Below, in pieces: positions 51,205-63,278 of a DNA stretch of 64,000 nucleotides; positions within the stretch are counted from its first letter, which is position 1, and each line of letters opens with the position of its first letter. Source of the stretch: Narcine bancroftii (taxonomy: Eukaryota); the NCBI RefSeq assembly GCF_036971445.1, contig NC_091470.1, positions 159,340,001 to 159,404,000 of the forward strand, written 5' to 3'. Under the pieces are notes generated by a model. That model worked only from the letters and a program-made list of their open reading frames with translations. It was not told the DNA's origin and did not search any database. The translations under genes and the position numbers were made by a program.

Positions 51205-51410
51205 TACAGAATAACAGGCCCTTTTTGGCGCACGAGTCAATTACACCCAATTGACCAACACCCAGTACATTTTGAAGGGTGGGGGGAAACTGGAGCACTC
51301 AGAGGAAACCCACACAGACACAGAAAATCTACAAACTCCTTGTAGTCAGCATGGGATTCGAAACTTGGTCCCAAACACTGGCGTATCTGCTTTGCGCTGA
51401 CCATGCCACC
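51205..51410 (-). mobile_element. tRNA-derived SINE (V-SINE-like)
   Basis: Same family as 990-1220 and 34625-34818. Confidence 0.6.
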
Positions 51411-51822
51411 CAAATTGGATGATGTACATCGAACAAAAATCATTCTCCTTAGATGGAGCAGATCAAATAACCCTTAATCAAACGTACAGCTAATTTTAAA
51501 TCAGGCTGCTATTTTTCTGTTAATGTCTGCTTAAGGCAATCCTCCAGGTTGAATGACAGTCATCAGTTGGTCTTTGAAAATGACCTTCTATTTCCAACTG
51601 CACCATCATTACATTGTTCAGAATGCTTTCTAGCTTGACTTTTGGAAATCTAAATAGGTAACGTTTATTAACATCTCCCTTATTTTTCCAATGAGAAAAA
51701 TACTTATCGAATACAATTTCCCTTTCATAAATCCAGAGGTAGTGAATCTAGGAAATGGGAAACCAAAACAGAAAATAGCAGGGTATGCAGCAACCGCAGA
51801 GAGAAAAAAGGTAATGTCTCAG

Positions 51823-52042
51823 TGTGATAGTACAGATTCTATCACCAATGTGTATATGTACAGATGGTCATGTAGGATGATTGTGATTGGCTGACACACC
51901 TACTGGCAGGTCTTAAAGGGTTGCTCCTAGCCAGACCAGGTCATTCTGGACTGGTTGACCTACTTGTGATATGCTCCAGTCTTAGATAATAAAAGCCTTG
52001 GTTTGGATCAACAAGTCTTTGGTTCTTTCAACGCACATTACA
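51823..52042 (+). mobile_element. Solo LTR (220 bp)
   Basis: TGTGAT…ATTACA termini, 5-bp TSD ctcag, internal AATAAA. Confidence 0.85.
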
Positions 52043-52767
52043 CTCAGGTCAAATGATCTTTGTGAGATCTGATGAAAGGTTACTGATCTCAGTGACTATG
52101 CCTTCTCGATTGTGTGGCGTACTGCATTTATCCATCATATTACTGATTTTATTGCTTTTCATAAAACCTTGCAGATTCTACCTAATGACGCTCCAAATGC
52201 CTGTTACCGCTTCCTTGCTGATGGAGTCCAGTAATGATAATAGCACAGTTTAGCGTGGTAGTTAGCACAACATTACCACAGCACCAACGACCCAGGTTTA
52301 TTCCTGCTGCCTGTAAGGTGTTTGTATGTTCTCCCTGTTTCCTCCCACCCTTCAATAAAAAGGATTGATTTGGGTGGCACAGGTTTAAATGGCCAGAATC
52401 TGCTTCTACTGTGTTACAAATAAAATTTCAATGTTAGGTAAACTGGCTTAGAGTTTCTTAATTTCTTCCCTTTCTCAAACAGTGATTTCTCTACTCTTTG
52501 CTATCTCATAATCTACTGTGACCTTTCCAGTATTTTGTGAGTTTTAGAAATCCATTAGCATTAGATCTCTTAAACCAGCTCTTTTAGGACCCTAGGTTGT
52601 AATAATAACTTAATTACAAGGCTTCATAAAACTTGCAGCAAAACATCTTAAGGACTACTTAAAGGCACTATACAAATGCATACAAAGTGCTGGAGAAACT
52701 CATCGAGTTAAGCAGCATTCCTATATCGCAAAAAAAAGATGCATAGCCAACAATTTCAGGCTTGAAC

Positions 52768-53271
52768 TGTAAGGTAAAACATCATGAGATGGGAATGTGT
52801 AGGGAGTTACCCTGTACAGGGCAGTAACAAGAAGGGGAGGTGTCCTTGTACTCCTGTTAGGTAAAACATCATGAGATGGGACCGGAGAAGGAGTCACCCA
52901 GTACTAAGGAGTAACAGAATGCATCCTTGTACTTACAAGATAAGAGAGACATTGATGGATTGAGAGGCAGGAAGCTAGCAGGGAAAGGATAGCAACAGTT
53001 TAAGAGAGACATTGATGGATTGAGAGGCAGGAAGCTAGCAGGGAAAGGATAGCAACAGTTTTAGTCATTGGACAAGTAATGATATGATGATGTTCTAAGC
53101 ATGTATCCAAGGGTATAAAAAATCACCATTTTGCTGATAACGGCAGAATGCATTCTCCGACTAACTTTGTTGGTCGCAAGTGTTACAATCCGGTAATAAA
53201 GAACAAAGAACCCTGATTTCGACTCAGCCTGGTGTTTGTCTCACTCATTCATGAACAAAGCAGACCTAACA
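52768..53271 (+). mobile_element. Solo LTR (504 bp), Gypsy-like, nested in a Penelope-like fragment (~52680-53560)
   Basis: TGT…ACA termini, 4-bp TSD gaac, TATAAAA near 53114, AATAAA near 53195, and a perfect 60-bp internal tandem duplication 52941-53060. Confidence 0.87.
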
Positions 53272-53976
53272 GAACTCTGGGTCAAGATATGAGCAAAAAA
53301 AAACCAGACAAGTACCTGAATAAAATGGTGGGTGATGAACGCAAGTCCAAAGGCAAAAGGTCATAGGTGAATATGGATGAGAGGGCACAAGAGAAAAATG
53401 CTGGGAAGTGATAGAGGGAGAGAATAGCTCTCCGAATTGGGAAATGGGGTGGAGAGCTGGAGGAAAGAAGACAGGGGAGGGGCCTAACAGAAACCTGATG
53501 TTAATGCCATCCGGTTGGAGAGTATTAGGTGTTGTTCCTCCAGTTTGCAGGAGGTATAGGTTTGAAAATGCAGAAGCACCAGAAAACGGGGAGACCACCC
53601 CCTGTTAGAGAAGAAGCAGAAGGCTGCGGGCGACTGCAGTGAAAGGTACTCACACCAGCCTGCAGACTGCTAGAGATTGGTTGAAGGGGCATCAAGTACA
53701 GAAACTAGAATGCGAGAGGAAGCTGAAGGCTTCCTGATCGTGTCAGTGGTTTGGATCTGGAGCTCGGGTGCTGATGGATTTGAATGAAGTCTGATGCAGG
53801 AGCGCTGGACGTGAATTCAGGGACATTAGATGACTCTGGGGAGCCTCTGATTTGCTTTTCTTTCTCTTATTGGAAGGGATGCCAGACAATTTCTGCTGAT
53901 GACTAATCTTTGCCTTACTGCAGTCTAAAGTCAATTTTGTGTAATATTACATCTGTTTTATTACATGACAATGAAG

Positions 53977-54480
53977 CAGTAGTTCTTAACCTTTTTATTT
54001 CCACTCACACATTACTAAAGGTGGTACATGAGTGGGAACCACTGCACTAAAGGAATCTTGACATGACAGTGTGTGAGTGGGTGCAGACTTGAAATGGTTG
54101 ACCACTGGAAAGACCCCACTATTGCAGAGGACAGAGCAAAGGTGCTCAACGAAGTGATCTTCTGGTCTCTCCGACGCAGAGGAGACATCAACGGGAACAC
54201 CAGATGCTGAAGATGACCCCTGCAGATTCACAAGTGTTGCTTCACTTGGAAGGACTGTTTGGGGCCTCAAATGGTGGGCACAAGTGTGGCACTTCCTGCA
54301 ATCACGGGGGTAGGTGCCAAGGGGGTGATTAATGGGAAGGGGTGACTGGACAAGGGAGTCACAGAGGCAGAAAGGTGGCGAGAAGAAGATGTATCTGATG
54401 GTAGGATCACTTCTAGGTGGCAGAATATGTTGGACGTGGAGGCTGTTATTACAATCACAGCATCTGCAGACCTTCTTGTT
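53977..54480 (-). mobile_element. Miniature hAT MITE derivative (~53977-54044) followed by a Penelope-like fragment
   Basis: cagtagttcttaacc…gggaaccactg; the next segment is homologous to 19130-19440 in reverse. Confidence 0.6.
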
Positions 54481-54789
54481 TAATCCTTTGGACTCTGGCC
54501 ATTTTTAACCTTTTATAATATCTACTCCACACTGGGTCTATGCATAACCTACACTACAAACACAAGTATGAACCAGCTGGTGGTTGGTAACAAAACCATT
54601 TCCAGAAAAATGAGGACATAGAATATATGCGTTTGTTTGTAGTCCTTAAAAACCAAGACACAGAGTCCAAAGGGATAACTATGCAGCACATTTGTATTGA
54701 TGGACAGAATCTAGGATTGTGCTAAAAGCTATTTTTCTCATCAAACCCATCCTCACACTTGAAATGAAATATTTATAATGCTATCAATC

Positions 54790-55410
54790 ATAGAACACTA
54801 CAGAACAGTACAGGCCGTTCAGCCTCAATGTTTTGCCAACCCATATATTCCTTTCAAAAAAAAAGTATCCCTTTATTTTTATTTCATCCATGTGCCTGTC
54901 TAAGAGTTTCTTAAATGCCCCTAATGTTTCAGTCTCTACTATCACCCTGGCAAAGCATTCCAGGCATCCACAACTCATATAAAAAAAAACCTTACCCCGA
55001 TGTCTTCCCTAAACTTCCCTCCCTTCACTTTGCAGAGATGTTCTCTGGTGTTTGCTATTCCAGCTCTTGGAAAAAGGCACTGACTATTTACCCCATCTTT
55101 GCCTCCCAGAATCTCATAGACCTCTAATAAGTCACCTCTCATCCTTCTTCATCCCAAAGTGAAATATCCCAGCTCTGCTAACCTTGCCTCATAAGACTTG
55201 CTTCCCAATCCAGGCAACAGCCTGGTAAATCCATTCCATAGCTTCCACATCTTCCTATAATGAGACCAGAACTGACCACAATAGTCTCACCATAGATTTG
55301 TAGAGTCGCAACATGACCTCTGGACTCTTTAACTCAATCCTCCGACTAATGAAGCCCAGCATCCCATTGGCCTTCTTAACCATCCTATCAACCTGCACAG
55401 CAATCTTGAA
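54790..55410 (-). mobile_element. CR1-like 3' fragment
   Basis: Decayed ORF2 C-terminus (ETLGAFKKLLDRHMD) and a tail gctgaacggcctgtactgttctgtag. Confidence 0.7.
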
Positions 55411-55826
55411 AGATGTAGAGTGATGAAGATTTGACTGATATTTGGTTCACTAATTATCCCTGCTTAATTTTCAACCAATTCCTCCCTGACACTGAGCTCT
55501 TTTCCCAACATTCCTCATCCAGTCCCTGAACACAGGGGTAAAACACGAAAGTCTGCAGAAACCATGGCTGAAGTAAAAACACAATGTGGAGAAACACAAC
55601 AGGTCAAGCAGTGTCCTGTAAAAAATACGTTACTGACATTTTGGGCTTGGTATGGGAAAATGTCGGCAGGCATCCAAACAAGGGTGGGGGTTGGAGAAGG
55701 TGTAGTCGCAAAGGCCAGAGATGATGGGTGGAAGGAGAAGGGAGGAGGGATTGGTTGGGTGAAGTGAGGGGGAAGGGAACACAAAGCTGGGGAAACTCAG
55801 CAGGTCAAGCAGTGTCCTTTATATTA

Positions 55827-56196
55827 AGCCGCTTTCAGGTGCATTCTCCGCCAAGAATGCCCATGTATAAGCGGACACAGCCCGGTCGTTTAGGTGGCAG
55901 CCCTGAAAGCGCTGCGCTGTCCACCTTAAAGGGATAGCTGCAGGAGAGCCGCCTCGGGGTGCACTCCGGCTCCTGTCCACTTGCGACGCTGGAAACGGGG
56001 GCCGCCAGGCAGCGGGGGAGTTGGGTCACTTTCAGGGGCTCGGGGGGACTCAGTGCTCTGGCGATTATCCCTCCCGGAGGGTTCGAAAATGCCCCTCCGA
56101 GGCGCCTCCTGCTCTTTCAGGTGGGTGCCCCGAGAGCCGCTTAGAGGCAGAATATGCAGCTTGACCTGGAGGTCTTCTGGCCACCAGAAAGAGCCT
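55827..56196. mobile_element. PIF/Harbinger-like MITE in PPCS intron 1
   Basis: TIR agccgctttcaggtg…caccagaaagagcct; TSD tta. Confidence 0.65.
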
Positions 56197-56268
56197 TTAG
56201 CAGCCAACCTCGCCCTTTAATCATCCACAGGAAACCAACCCTTTGAACGTCGAGTGATGTTGTCCTAC

Positions 56269-56794
56269 CTGAGGGGCTGAGCGCCTGAGCGGCGGCCCTG
56301 AGCAGATACAAGTAGTCGGACAAGGTGCTGAACTCCACGGGCAGGAGCAGGCCGGCCTCCCGCACGGCCGTGTATCGCTGCAGCACCGGCACGATGCCGG
56401 GCAGCGCGGCCTGGTCGGCCTCCACCCGCCAGCGGGTGGTCTCCGCGACGGGCACGGCCTTCAGCGCGTCCAGGAGGTTGAGGCCGGAGTACCGGCGGGA
56501 GAAGGGGGAGAGGGAGCGGTGGCGGTGCAGGAAGACCACGGCGTAGCCGAGCTCGAGGAAGTACTCCGCGGACCCGGCGCCGCGCCAGCCGCTGCTGAAG
56601 TTGTCCAGGAAGCGCACAGTCCGCGACTCCAGCGGCACCTTGGTGCCGCCCGACGTCACCAGCACTACCCGGCGGCCTTGCGCCGAGTGCCGCTCCGCGA
56701 ACTCGGCCATGGCCCGGGCCGAGCTGTCCGCATTGGGCGGCGGCACGCAGCCCGAGAAGAACCCGCTCCAGTCCGACTCCTTCTCCGCCGCCAT
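56269..56794 (-). CDS. PPCS: PPCS exon 1 (CpG island)
   Basis: MAAEKESDW…[10 protein letters not shown]|gtagga. Confidence 0.96.
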
Positions 56795-59700
56795 GACGAC
56801 TGATGCCGCTCCGGTCCCACCTCAATTACCGTCCGGCATCAGCCCGTCCGCGGAATCTTCCCCGGCGCACCGTCCTGCCCGCCGTCTTCTGCTCTTTAAC
56901 TTGTCCGCGTTAGGTCTCATTTTTGCAGCGACAGTAGCAAGAGGGGCAGAGGGCTATGCTAGTTCCGAGCATCGTGTCCCAAGCCCGGAGCAACTCGGCC
57001 CCAAATCCCTAGCAACACGACCAAGTCCCAAGCAACGCGTCCCAAGTCGCGAGAAAGACGCCCCCTAGTCCCTGGCAGCGTGGCCCCAAAGTCCCTAGCA
57101 ACACGTCCCAAGTCCCTGGCAACGCGGCCCCGTCCCTGGCAACTTGGCCCCAAATCCCTAGCAACGTGCCCCAAAGTCCCTAGCAACGCGTCACAAGTCC
57201 CTGGGAACCTGGCCCCAAATACCTGGCACGTGGCCTCGTCCCTAGCAACGTGCCCCAAAGTCCCTAGCAATGCGTCGCAAGTCCCTTGCATCGCGGCCCC
57301 GTCCCTGGCAACTCGGCCCCAAGTCCCTAGCAACGCGGCACCAAGTCCCAAGCAATGCGAATCGTCCCTGGCAACGTGCCCCAAAGTCCCTGGAACGTGC
57401 CCCAAAGTCCCTAGCAACGTTCCCCAAAGTCCATAGAAACTCGGCCCCGTCCCTAGCAACGTGCCCCAAAGTCCCTAGCAACGTGCCCCAAAGTCCCTAG
57501 AAACGTGCCCCAAAGTCCCTAGCAACGTGCCCCAAAGTCCCTAGCAACGTGCCCCAAAGTCCCTAGCAACGCGACCCGTCCCTAGCAACGTGCCCCAAAG
57601 TCCCTAGCAACGCGTCCCAAGACGTTTGCAACGCGGCGCCGTCCCTGGCAACGAGACCCCAAGTCCCTAGTAATGCGGACCCACGTCCCTGGCAACTCGG
57701 CCCCAAATCTCTGGCACATGGCCTCAAGTCCCTAGCAACGCGCCCCAAATTCCCAACCAAAGCGGCCCCAAGTCGCTGGCAGCGTGCTCTCGTCCTAGCA
57801 ACGTGCCCCAAAGTGCCCCAAAATTCCTGGCAACGCGGCCCCAAGACCCTGGCAACGCGGCCCCAAGACCCTGGCAACGCGGCCCCAAGACCCTGGCAAC
57901 GCGGCCCCAAGACCCTGGCAACGCGGCCCCAAGACCCTGGCAACTCGGCCCCAAATCCCTGTCAGCGTGGCCCCAATTCCCTAGCAACGTGCCCCAAAGT
58001 CCCTGGAGCGTGCCCCAAAGTCCATAGCAACGTTCCCCAAAGTCCATAGAAACTCGGCCCCGTCCCTAGCAACGTGCCCCAAAGTCCCTAGCAACGTTCC
58101 CCAAAGTCCATAGCAACGCGGCCCGTCCCTAGCAACGTGCCCCAAAGTCCCTAGCAACGCGTCCCAAGTCCCTTGCAACGCGGCGCCGTCCCTGGCAACG
58201 AGACCCCAAGTCCCTAGTAATGCGGACCCACGTCCCTGGCAACTCGGCCCCAAATCTCTGGCACGTGGCCTCAAGTCCCTAGCAACGCGCCCCAAATTCC
58301 CAACCAAAACGGCCCCAAGTCGCTGGCAGCGTGCTCTCGTCCCTAACAACGTGCCCCAAAGTCCCTAGCAACGTGCCCCAAAGTCCCTAGCAACGTGCCC
58401 CAAAGTCCCTAGCAACGTGCCCCAAAGTCCCTAGCAACGTGCCCCAAAGTCCCTAGCAACGTGCCCCAAAGTCCCTAGCAACGGGCCCCAAAGTCCCAAG
58501 CAATGCGGACCTGTCCCTGGCAACGTGCCCCAAAGTTCCTGGCAACGTGCCCCAAAGTTCCTGGCAACGTGCCCCAAAATTCCTGGCAACGTGCCCCAAG
58601 ACCCTGGCAACGCGGCCCCAAGACCCTGGCAACTCGGCCCCAAATCCCTGTCAGCGTGGCCCCAATTCCCTAGCAACGTGCCCCAAAGTCCATAGCAACG
58701 CGGCCCTAAGTCCAAAGCAACGTGCCCCAAAGTCCCTAGCAACGTGCCCCAAAGTCCCAAGCAACGCATCCCTAGTCGCGAGAACGTCGTCCCCAAGTCC
58801 CTAGCAACGCGGCCCCAAGACCCTGGCAACTCGGCCCCAAATCCCTGTCTGCGTGGCCCCAGTTCCCTAGCAACGGGCCCCAATTCCCTAGCAACGTGCC
58901 CCAAAGTCCAAAGCAACGTGCCCCAAAGTCCCTGGCAACGCGGCCCCAAGTCCCCAACAACGCGCCCCAAAATCCTTAGCAACGCATCCCAAGTCCATAG
59001 CAACGCGTCACGAGTCGCGAGAAAGGCGCCCCCAAGTCCCTGGCAACGCGGCCCGATGACCCTGGCAACACGGCCCGAAATCCCTGGCAGCGTGGTCCCC
59101 AATCCCTAGCAACGTGCCCCAAAGTCCCTAGCAACGTGCCCCAAAGTCCCAAGCAACGCGAACCCGTCCCTGGCAACGTGCCCCAAAGTCCCTGGCAACG
59201 TGCCCCAAAGTCCCTGGCAACGTGCCCCAAAGTCCCTGGCAACGTGCCCCAAAGTCCCTGGCAACGTGCCCCAAAGTCCCTTGCAACGCGTCCCAAGTCC
59301 CTTGCAACGTGGCGCCGTCCCTGGCAACTCGGCCCCAAATCCCTGGCAGCGTGGCCCCAAATGCATAGCAACGCGGCCCCAAGTCACTGGCAACGTGCCC
59401 CAAAGTCCCTGGCAACGCGACCCCGTCCCTAGTAACGCGGACCCACGTCCCTGGCAACTCGGCCCCAAATCCCTGGCAACGTGGCCTCAAGTCCCTAGCA
59501 ACGTGCCCCCAAGTCTCTAGCAACGCGTCTCAAGTCCCTAGCAACGCGTCCCCAAGTCCCTGGCAACGCGTCCCCAAGTCCCTGGCAACGCGTCCCCAAG
59601 TCCCTGGCAACGCGTCCCCAAGTCCCTGGCAACGCGTCCCCAAGTCCCTGGCAACGCGTCCCCAAGTCCATGGCAACGCGGCCCGAGTCCATGGCAACGC

Positions 59701-59825
59701 GTCCCAAGTACCTAGCAACGCGTCGCCAAGTCCCTGGCAACGCGGCCTCAAGTCCCTAGCAACGTGCCAAGCCTTCCGTGGCGCAGCGCTTGAGAAGCGG
59801 AGAAAAATCGAGCTCCTCCCAAAGG
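56795..59825. promoter_or_regulatory. Divergent PPCS/ZMYND12 promoter interval with arrayed RFX X-box-like cores
   Basis: Head-to-head ATGs at 56794 and 59826; CpG-rich; repeated CCT(A/G)GCAAC, with CCATGGCAAC variants near 59668-59698. Confidence 0.65.
56960..59770. repeat. 22-bp-period GC-rich minisatellite, consensus GTCCCT(A/G)GCAACG(T/C)GCCCCAA(A), roughly 120-130 units by length
   Basis: Clean runs at 57470-57570, 57825-57945, 58350-58490, 59170-59280 and 59540-59670; it fills almost all the space between the PPCS and ZMYND12 start codons. Confidence 0.97.
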
Positions 59826-59941
59826 ATGCAAAGTTCTTCCATCTATCCCCTTGCTAATCCCAAGGGCGTCAGACTGGGGTGTGAGATGTGCCAAGCAACC
59901 GCTCACGTTATGTGTTCCCGCTGCAGGGTGACGTTTTACTG
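59826..59941 (+). CDS. ZMYND12: ZMYND12 exon 1 (start of the MYND zinc finger); not in the ORF track
   Basis: MQSSSIYPLANPKGVRLGCEMCQATAHVMCSRCRVTFY(C)|gtgagt; resembles the ZMYND12 N-terminus IYPLAxPKG…CExC…CxxCxVTYYC and is head-to-head with PPCS as in human. Confidence 0.92.
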
Positions 59942-60163
59942 GTGAGTTCGTTCAGAAATCCGAAACTGGCTGGGAAACTTGGGTCTTGGGTCCATCTCAG
60001 ACTCTCCACAGTCAGGTAAGCCAAAGTAAAATCATGGAGCCAGAGAAACTCCACCTGGAACAGTGTCCTTTATAGGGCAAAGGTAAAGATACGCCAACGT
60101 TTCGGGCACCTGCCTCCTGCCTGGATGAAGGGCTCCAGCTCGAAACGTTGGTCATGTCTCTTT

Positions 60164-60490
60164 GGCTGCTTTCAGGTGGGAATAGCAGGGAGAAGGCGGC
60201 TCCAGAGCCGGCTCCGGGTGTGTGCGAAGCGACATTTAGGTGGCGGTGCTGCTCTGGCACCCGAAAGGTCTGCAGAGGCGCCGCGGAGCAAACGCCGGCT
60301 CCTGTCGACTGTGACCGCAGTCCCACCCGCTTTCAGGTGCCTAGGAAGCGGAGAGTGCCCCTACCCAAGGAGGGTCGGGTAAGTACTCCTCAGGTCAGGG
60401 TTCTCCACTTTCAGGTGGCCTCCCAGCAGCCGCATCCGGGTATTTTAGGCGGCTTTACGTTGGGGGTATCCTGGCCACCTGAAAGCAGCT
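60164..60490. mobile_element. PIF/Harbinger-like MITE nested in Penelope-like terminal repeats (~60035-60535)
   Basis: TIR ggctgctttcaggtgg…ccacctgaaagcagct; host sequence resumes atataaaggacactgtttgacctgctgag. Confidence 0.65.
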
Positions 60491-62274
60491 ATATAAAGGA
60501 CACTGTTTGACCTGCTGAGTTTCTCCAGCAGTGAGTTTTTACTTCGGTGTTTTACTCCCATTAAACAAAAGTGCCCACCTTCGAAAGGAACCGAGAAAAT
60601 AACCTCCAACTGGTAGTTAAAACAACGGGAGAAATGTCAGATTGAGGTGCACTAGGATTTCTCATTCATGTAACTTTACTGGCAGTAAAAATATTTCCAG
60701 GGTAAACATTTTTTAAATCATGGTAGCAAGTTTATAAAGGCACTCACTGATGAAATCCGAAAACATTGTCAGTGGAATGATGTAATAATGATGAACAAAC
60801 TTTAATCACAGAGCTGAAATCAAATACAATCAGTTTCTTTAAGTATTAAAGACAGGTCGTTAATCTGGTAATGGATTAGCATGGAAACATAGAAAGAAAA
60901 TGCTTCAACTGCACTACTGATAAATTGCTGAATTTGTTCACAAATGCAAGTTTTTATTTTTAGAAAGAATTTAATTTCATGTCGATTATATTATTTTATT
61001 ATTTCTGATCAAAATAAAACTTTCCATTTAAACAAAAACTAAAGAGAAATGGTTTAAAAATCTATCAACCCATTTTTTTTCCCCCATATTTTCACTTTCA
61101 TCTCTTCTCATACTCTCAGCAAATTATTCTGGCGTTTGCTTTTTGCTCTCTGTTGCCAAAAAGATCTTGAAGTATCAGAGCCAGGCTGAGGAAGAGCTTC
61201 CCAGTGAGACTTAAAAAACAACTCTCCATGATTTCTATTTATGAACAATATTTAGTGTGTAGTGTGTCTATGTATTGTGTCTGTATACGTGATTTGCACC
61301 ATCAAACAGAGAATGCTGTTTTGTTGGGTTATAATGGTATCATCGGATGACAAATAATCTCGAACTCAACCCTATTCCTCTTAAACTGCTGGCTGTCCAA
61401 CTTTGTTTCTTGGTTGCAAAACAAACTGATATTTAACTGCACCCCCACTACCACCATTTAAAATAACCATCATCACCTCTTAACTCCTTGACTTTATCCT
61501 TGCGAACTACTATCCAAACACAACCTTATTTTCCTTACCAAATTCTTTATTGTTCAGTTACAAATCTGCTTGTTTTTCCTGCAATTCTCTCCCATCCTTT
61601 CTATCGTCATTGTCTTTGCCCAACTACTTGTCTTCCTCCAGGTCTTTGATGCTGAGATTTCTTTCAGTTGAACATGCAGAAGGTTGAGTTAATTTTTTTT
61701 CATTAAATCTTTTAACTATTGCCACTATCCCCATCACCCAACACTCTCAGACTAAGATCAATTATTCACAGTCTCGGTATCATGTAAATGCTAAATTGAT
61801 ATTCTAACCATCACCAAACCCATTTAATCCACCTCCATTGCATTTTATGACAGTCACCAGCCTTGCCATGTCCAGCTCTTAGATTTATAATGCATGTTTT
61901 TTGTCTGTCTGACCCTTCTTTTCGAGCTCCCTTCAGTGCAAGTGAAATCCATATCGCCCAACCCCACAAACCACATTCATCCATCTTAGGATTCCACATT
62001 GACATCTGGTTCTCCAAACCTAATCCAAAATTCTCACTCTTACATTTTAACCTTTCTTTGAAGGCACCCTCCCGATCTCCTCAATCTTTCTGTCTCCCAA
62101 CTGCATCCCTCATCCTCCCTCTCTTTCACTCACCCCTCTGTGGTTCACCAGTCCTCCACTCACCCCTCCTATTCTGTTCTCATTATACTGGCCATGTCCC
62201 CTCTGCTCTTTCATCTTTGAAGGTTCTGACTTGAAACACTGACAAATCATTTTCTCTCAACAATGCTGCTGGAA

Positions 62275-63278
62275 GGAGTCACGTGATGGAGTAGTGGCCG
62301 GACGGTGAACTCCAGCCCTCTCCAGAAAAGTCGGGAAAAACAAGAGAAAACACAAAGGCACAGAAATAAAAGTTACAGAAAAGTGAGTATAAAGGTGGAA
62401 AGAAGATGGCGACAAAAAAAGAAAAATCGAAAGCAACGGTAAGAAGAGAGGAAGAGAAGACAAAGGAGGAAAAAGGTGAAGGCCTTACCTGTCCGAAGAG
62501 GCCCGCTGCGGAGAGAGAAACCCGCTCCCTCAGGTCGGTAAATAATGGACTACAAAAATGGCTCGCAGAGCCGAGTAAAAGTGCGCAACCGCGCATGCGC
62601 GATACTTGAATGAAAAGAAACACACCGACGGGAGGGGGGACCAGCTGGGGAGTCGATCTCCACAGCCGGCAACGACAGCTGCAGAACACCTGCAGCAAGA
62701 AGAGACCACAGAAGACAATAGAAACAAGAAAGAAGAGGAGGAAAGGGCAACAAAGAAACAACAGATGGTCAACCCAGAGGAAGAAGAAGAGGAAGAGTAT
62801 GGTGAAATAGAAGAAGAAAAGAAAGGCAAGGTAAAGGATATACTTGCTCTTATTAAAGGATACATGGAGTCATTTAAAGAATGGCAAACACAGGAATTTA
62901 AGGATTTAAGAAAAAGAATAAACAACACAGAAGAGAAAATAAATAAAATGGAGATGACCTTAACAGAAATGGGAAAAAAAATGGACAAGATGGAAGAGCG
63001 GGCAGTAGCAGCAGAAATGGAGGTAGAAGACTTAAAAAAGAAATTGGAGAAATCTAATAAAAAAACTAAAGAGACACAAGAACTACTAGCTCAAAAAATA
63101 GATACAATGGAAAACCATAACAGAAGAAACAACATAAAGATAGTGGGCCTTAAGGAAGATGAAGAAGGCAAGAATATGAGGGAGTTTATAAAAGAGTGGA
63201 TCCCTAAGACCCTAGGATGTCCAGAACTACAGCAAGAATTGGAAATAGAAAGGGCACATAGAGTATTGGCCTCTAAAC
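62275..63278 (+). mobile_element. L1-clade LINE 5' UTR and ORF1, interrupted by an RTE insertion
   Basis: Coiled coil followed by ENHNRRNNIKIVGLKE…LEIERAHR (L1 ORF1 RRM motifs); CpG-containing 5' UTR. Confidence 0.88.

Larger units (their letters stand above)
49693..56794 (-). other. PPCS: PPCS gene span (phosphopantothenoylcysteine synthetase), 3 coding exons, 320 aa
   Basis: Motifs [13 protein letters not shown]…[19 protein letters not shown] and SFKLETD; exons of 526+104+333 nt form one frame. Confidence 0.97.

Noticed and set aside
56141-56268. C-terminal extension of the 217-aa PPCS ORF
   Set aside because: Intron read-through past the donor at 56268, partly into a MITE.
56959-59751. 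Many overlapping ORFs (ARDLG/LGTLG/SLATCPK repeats), and a superficial resemblance to a CRISPR array
   Set aside because: They are translations of the 22-bp minisatellite. There are no unique spacers or cas genes, and the context is eukaryotic.
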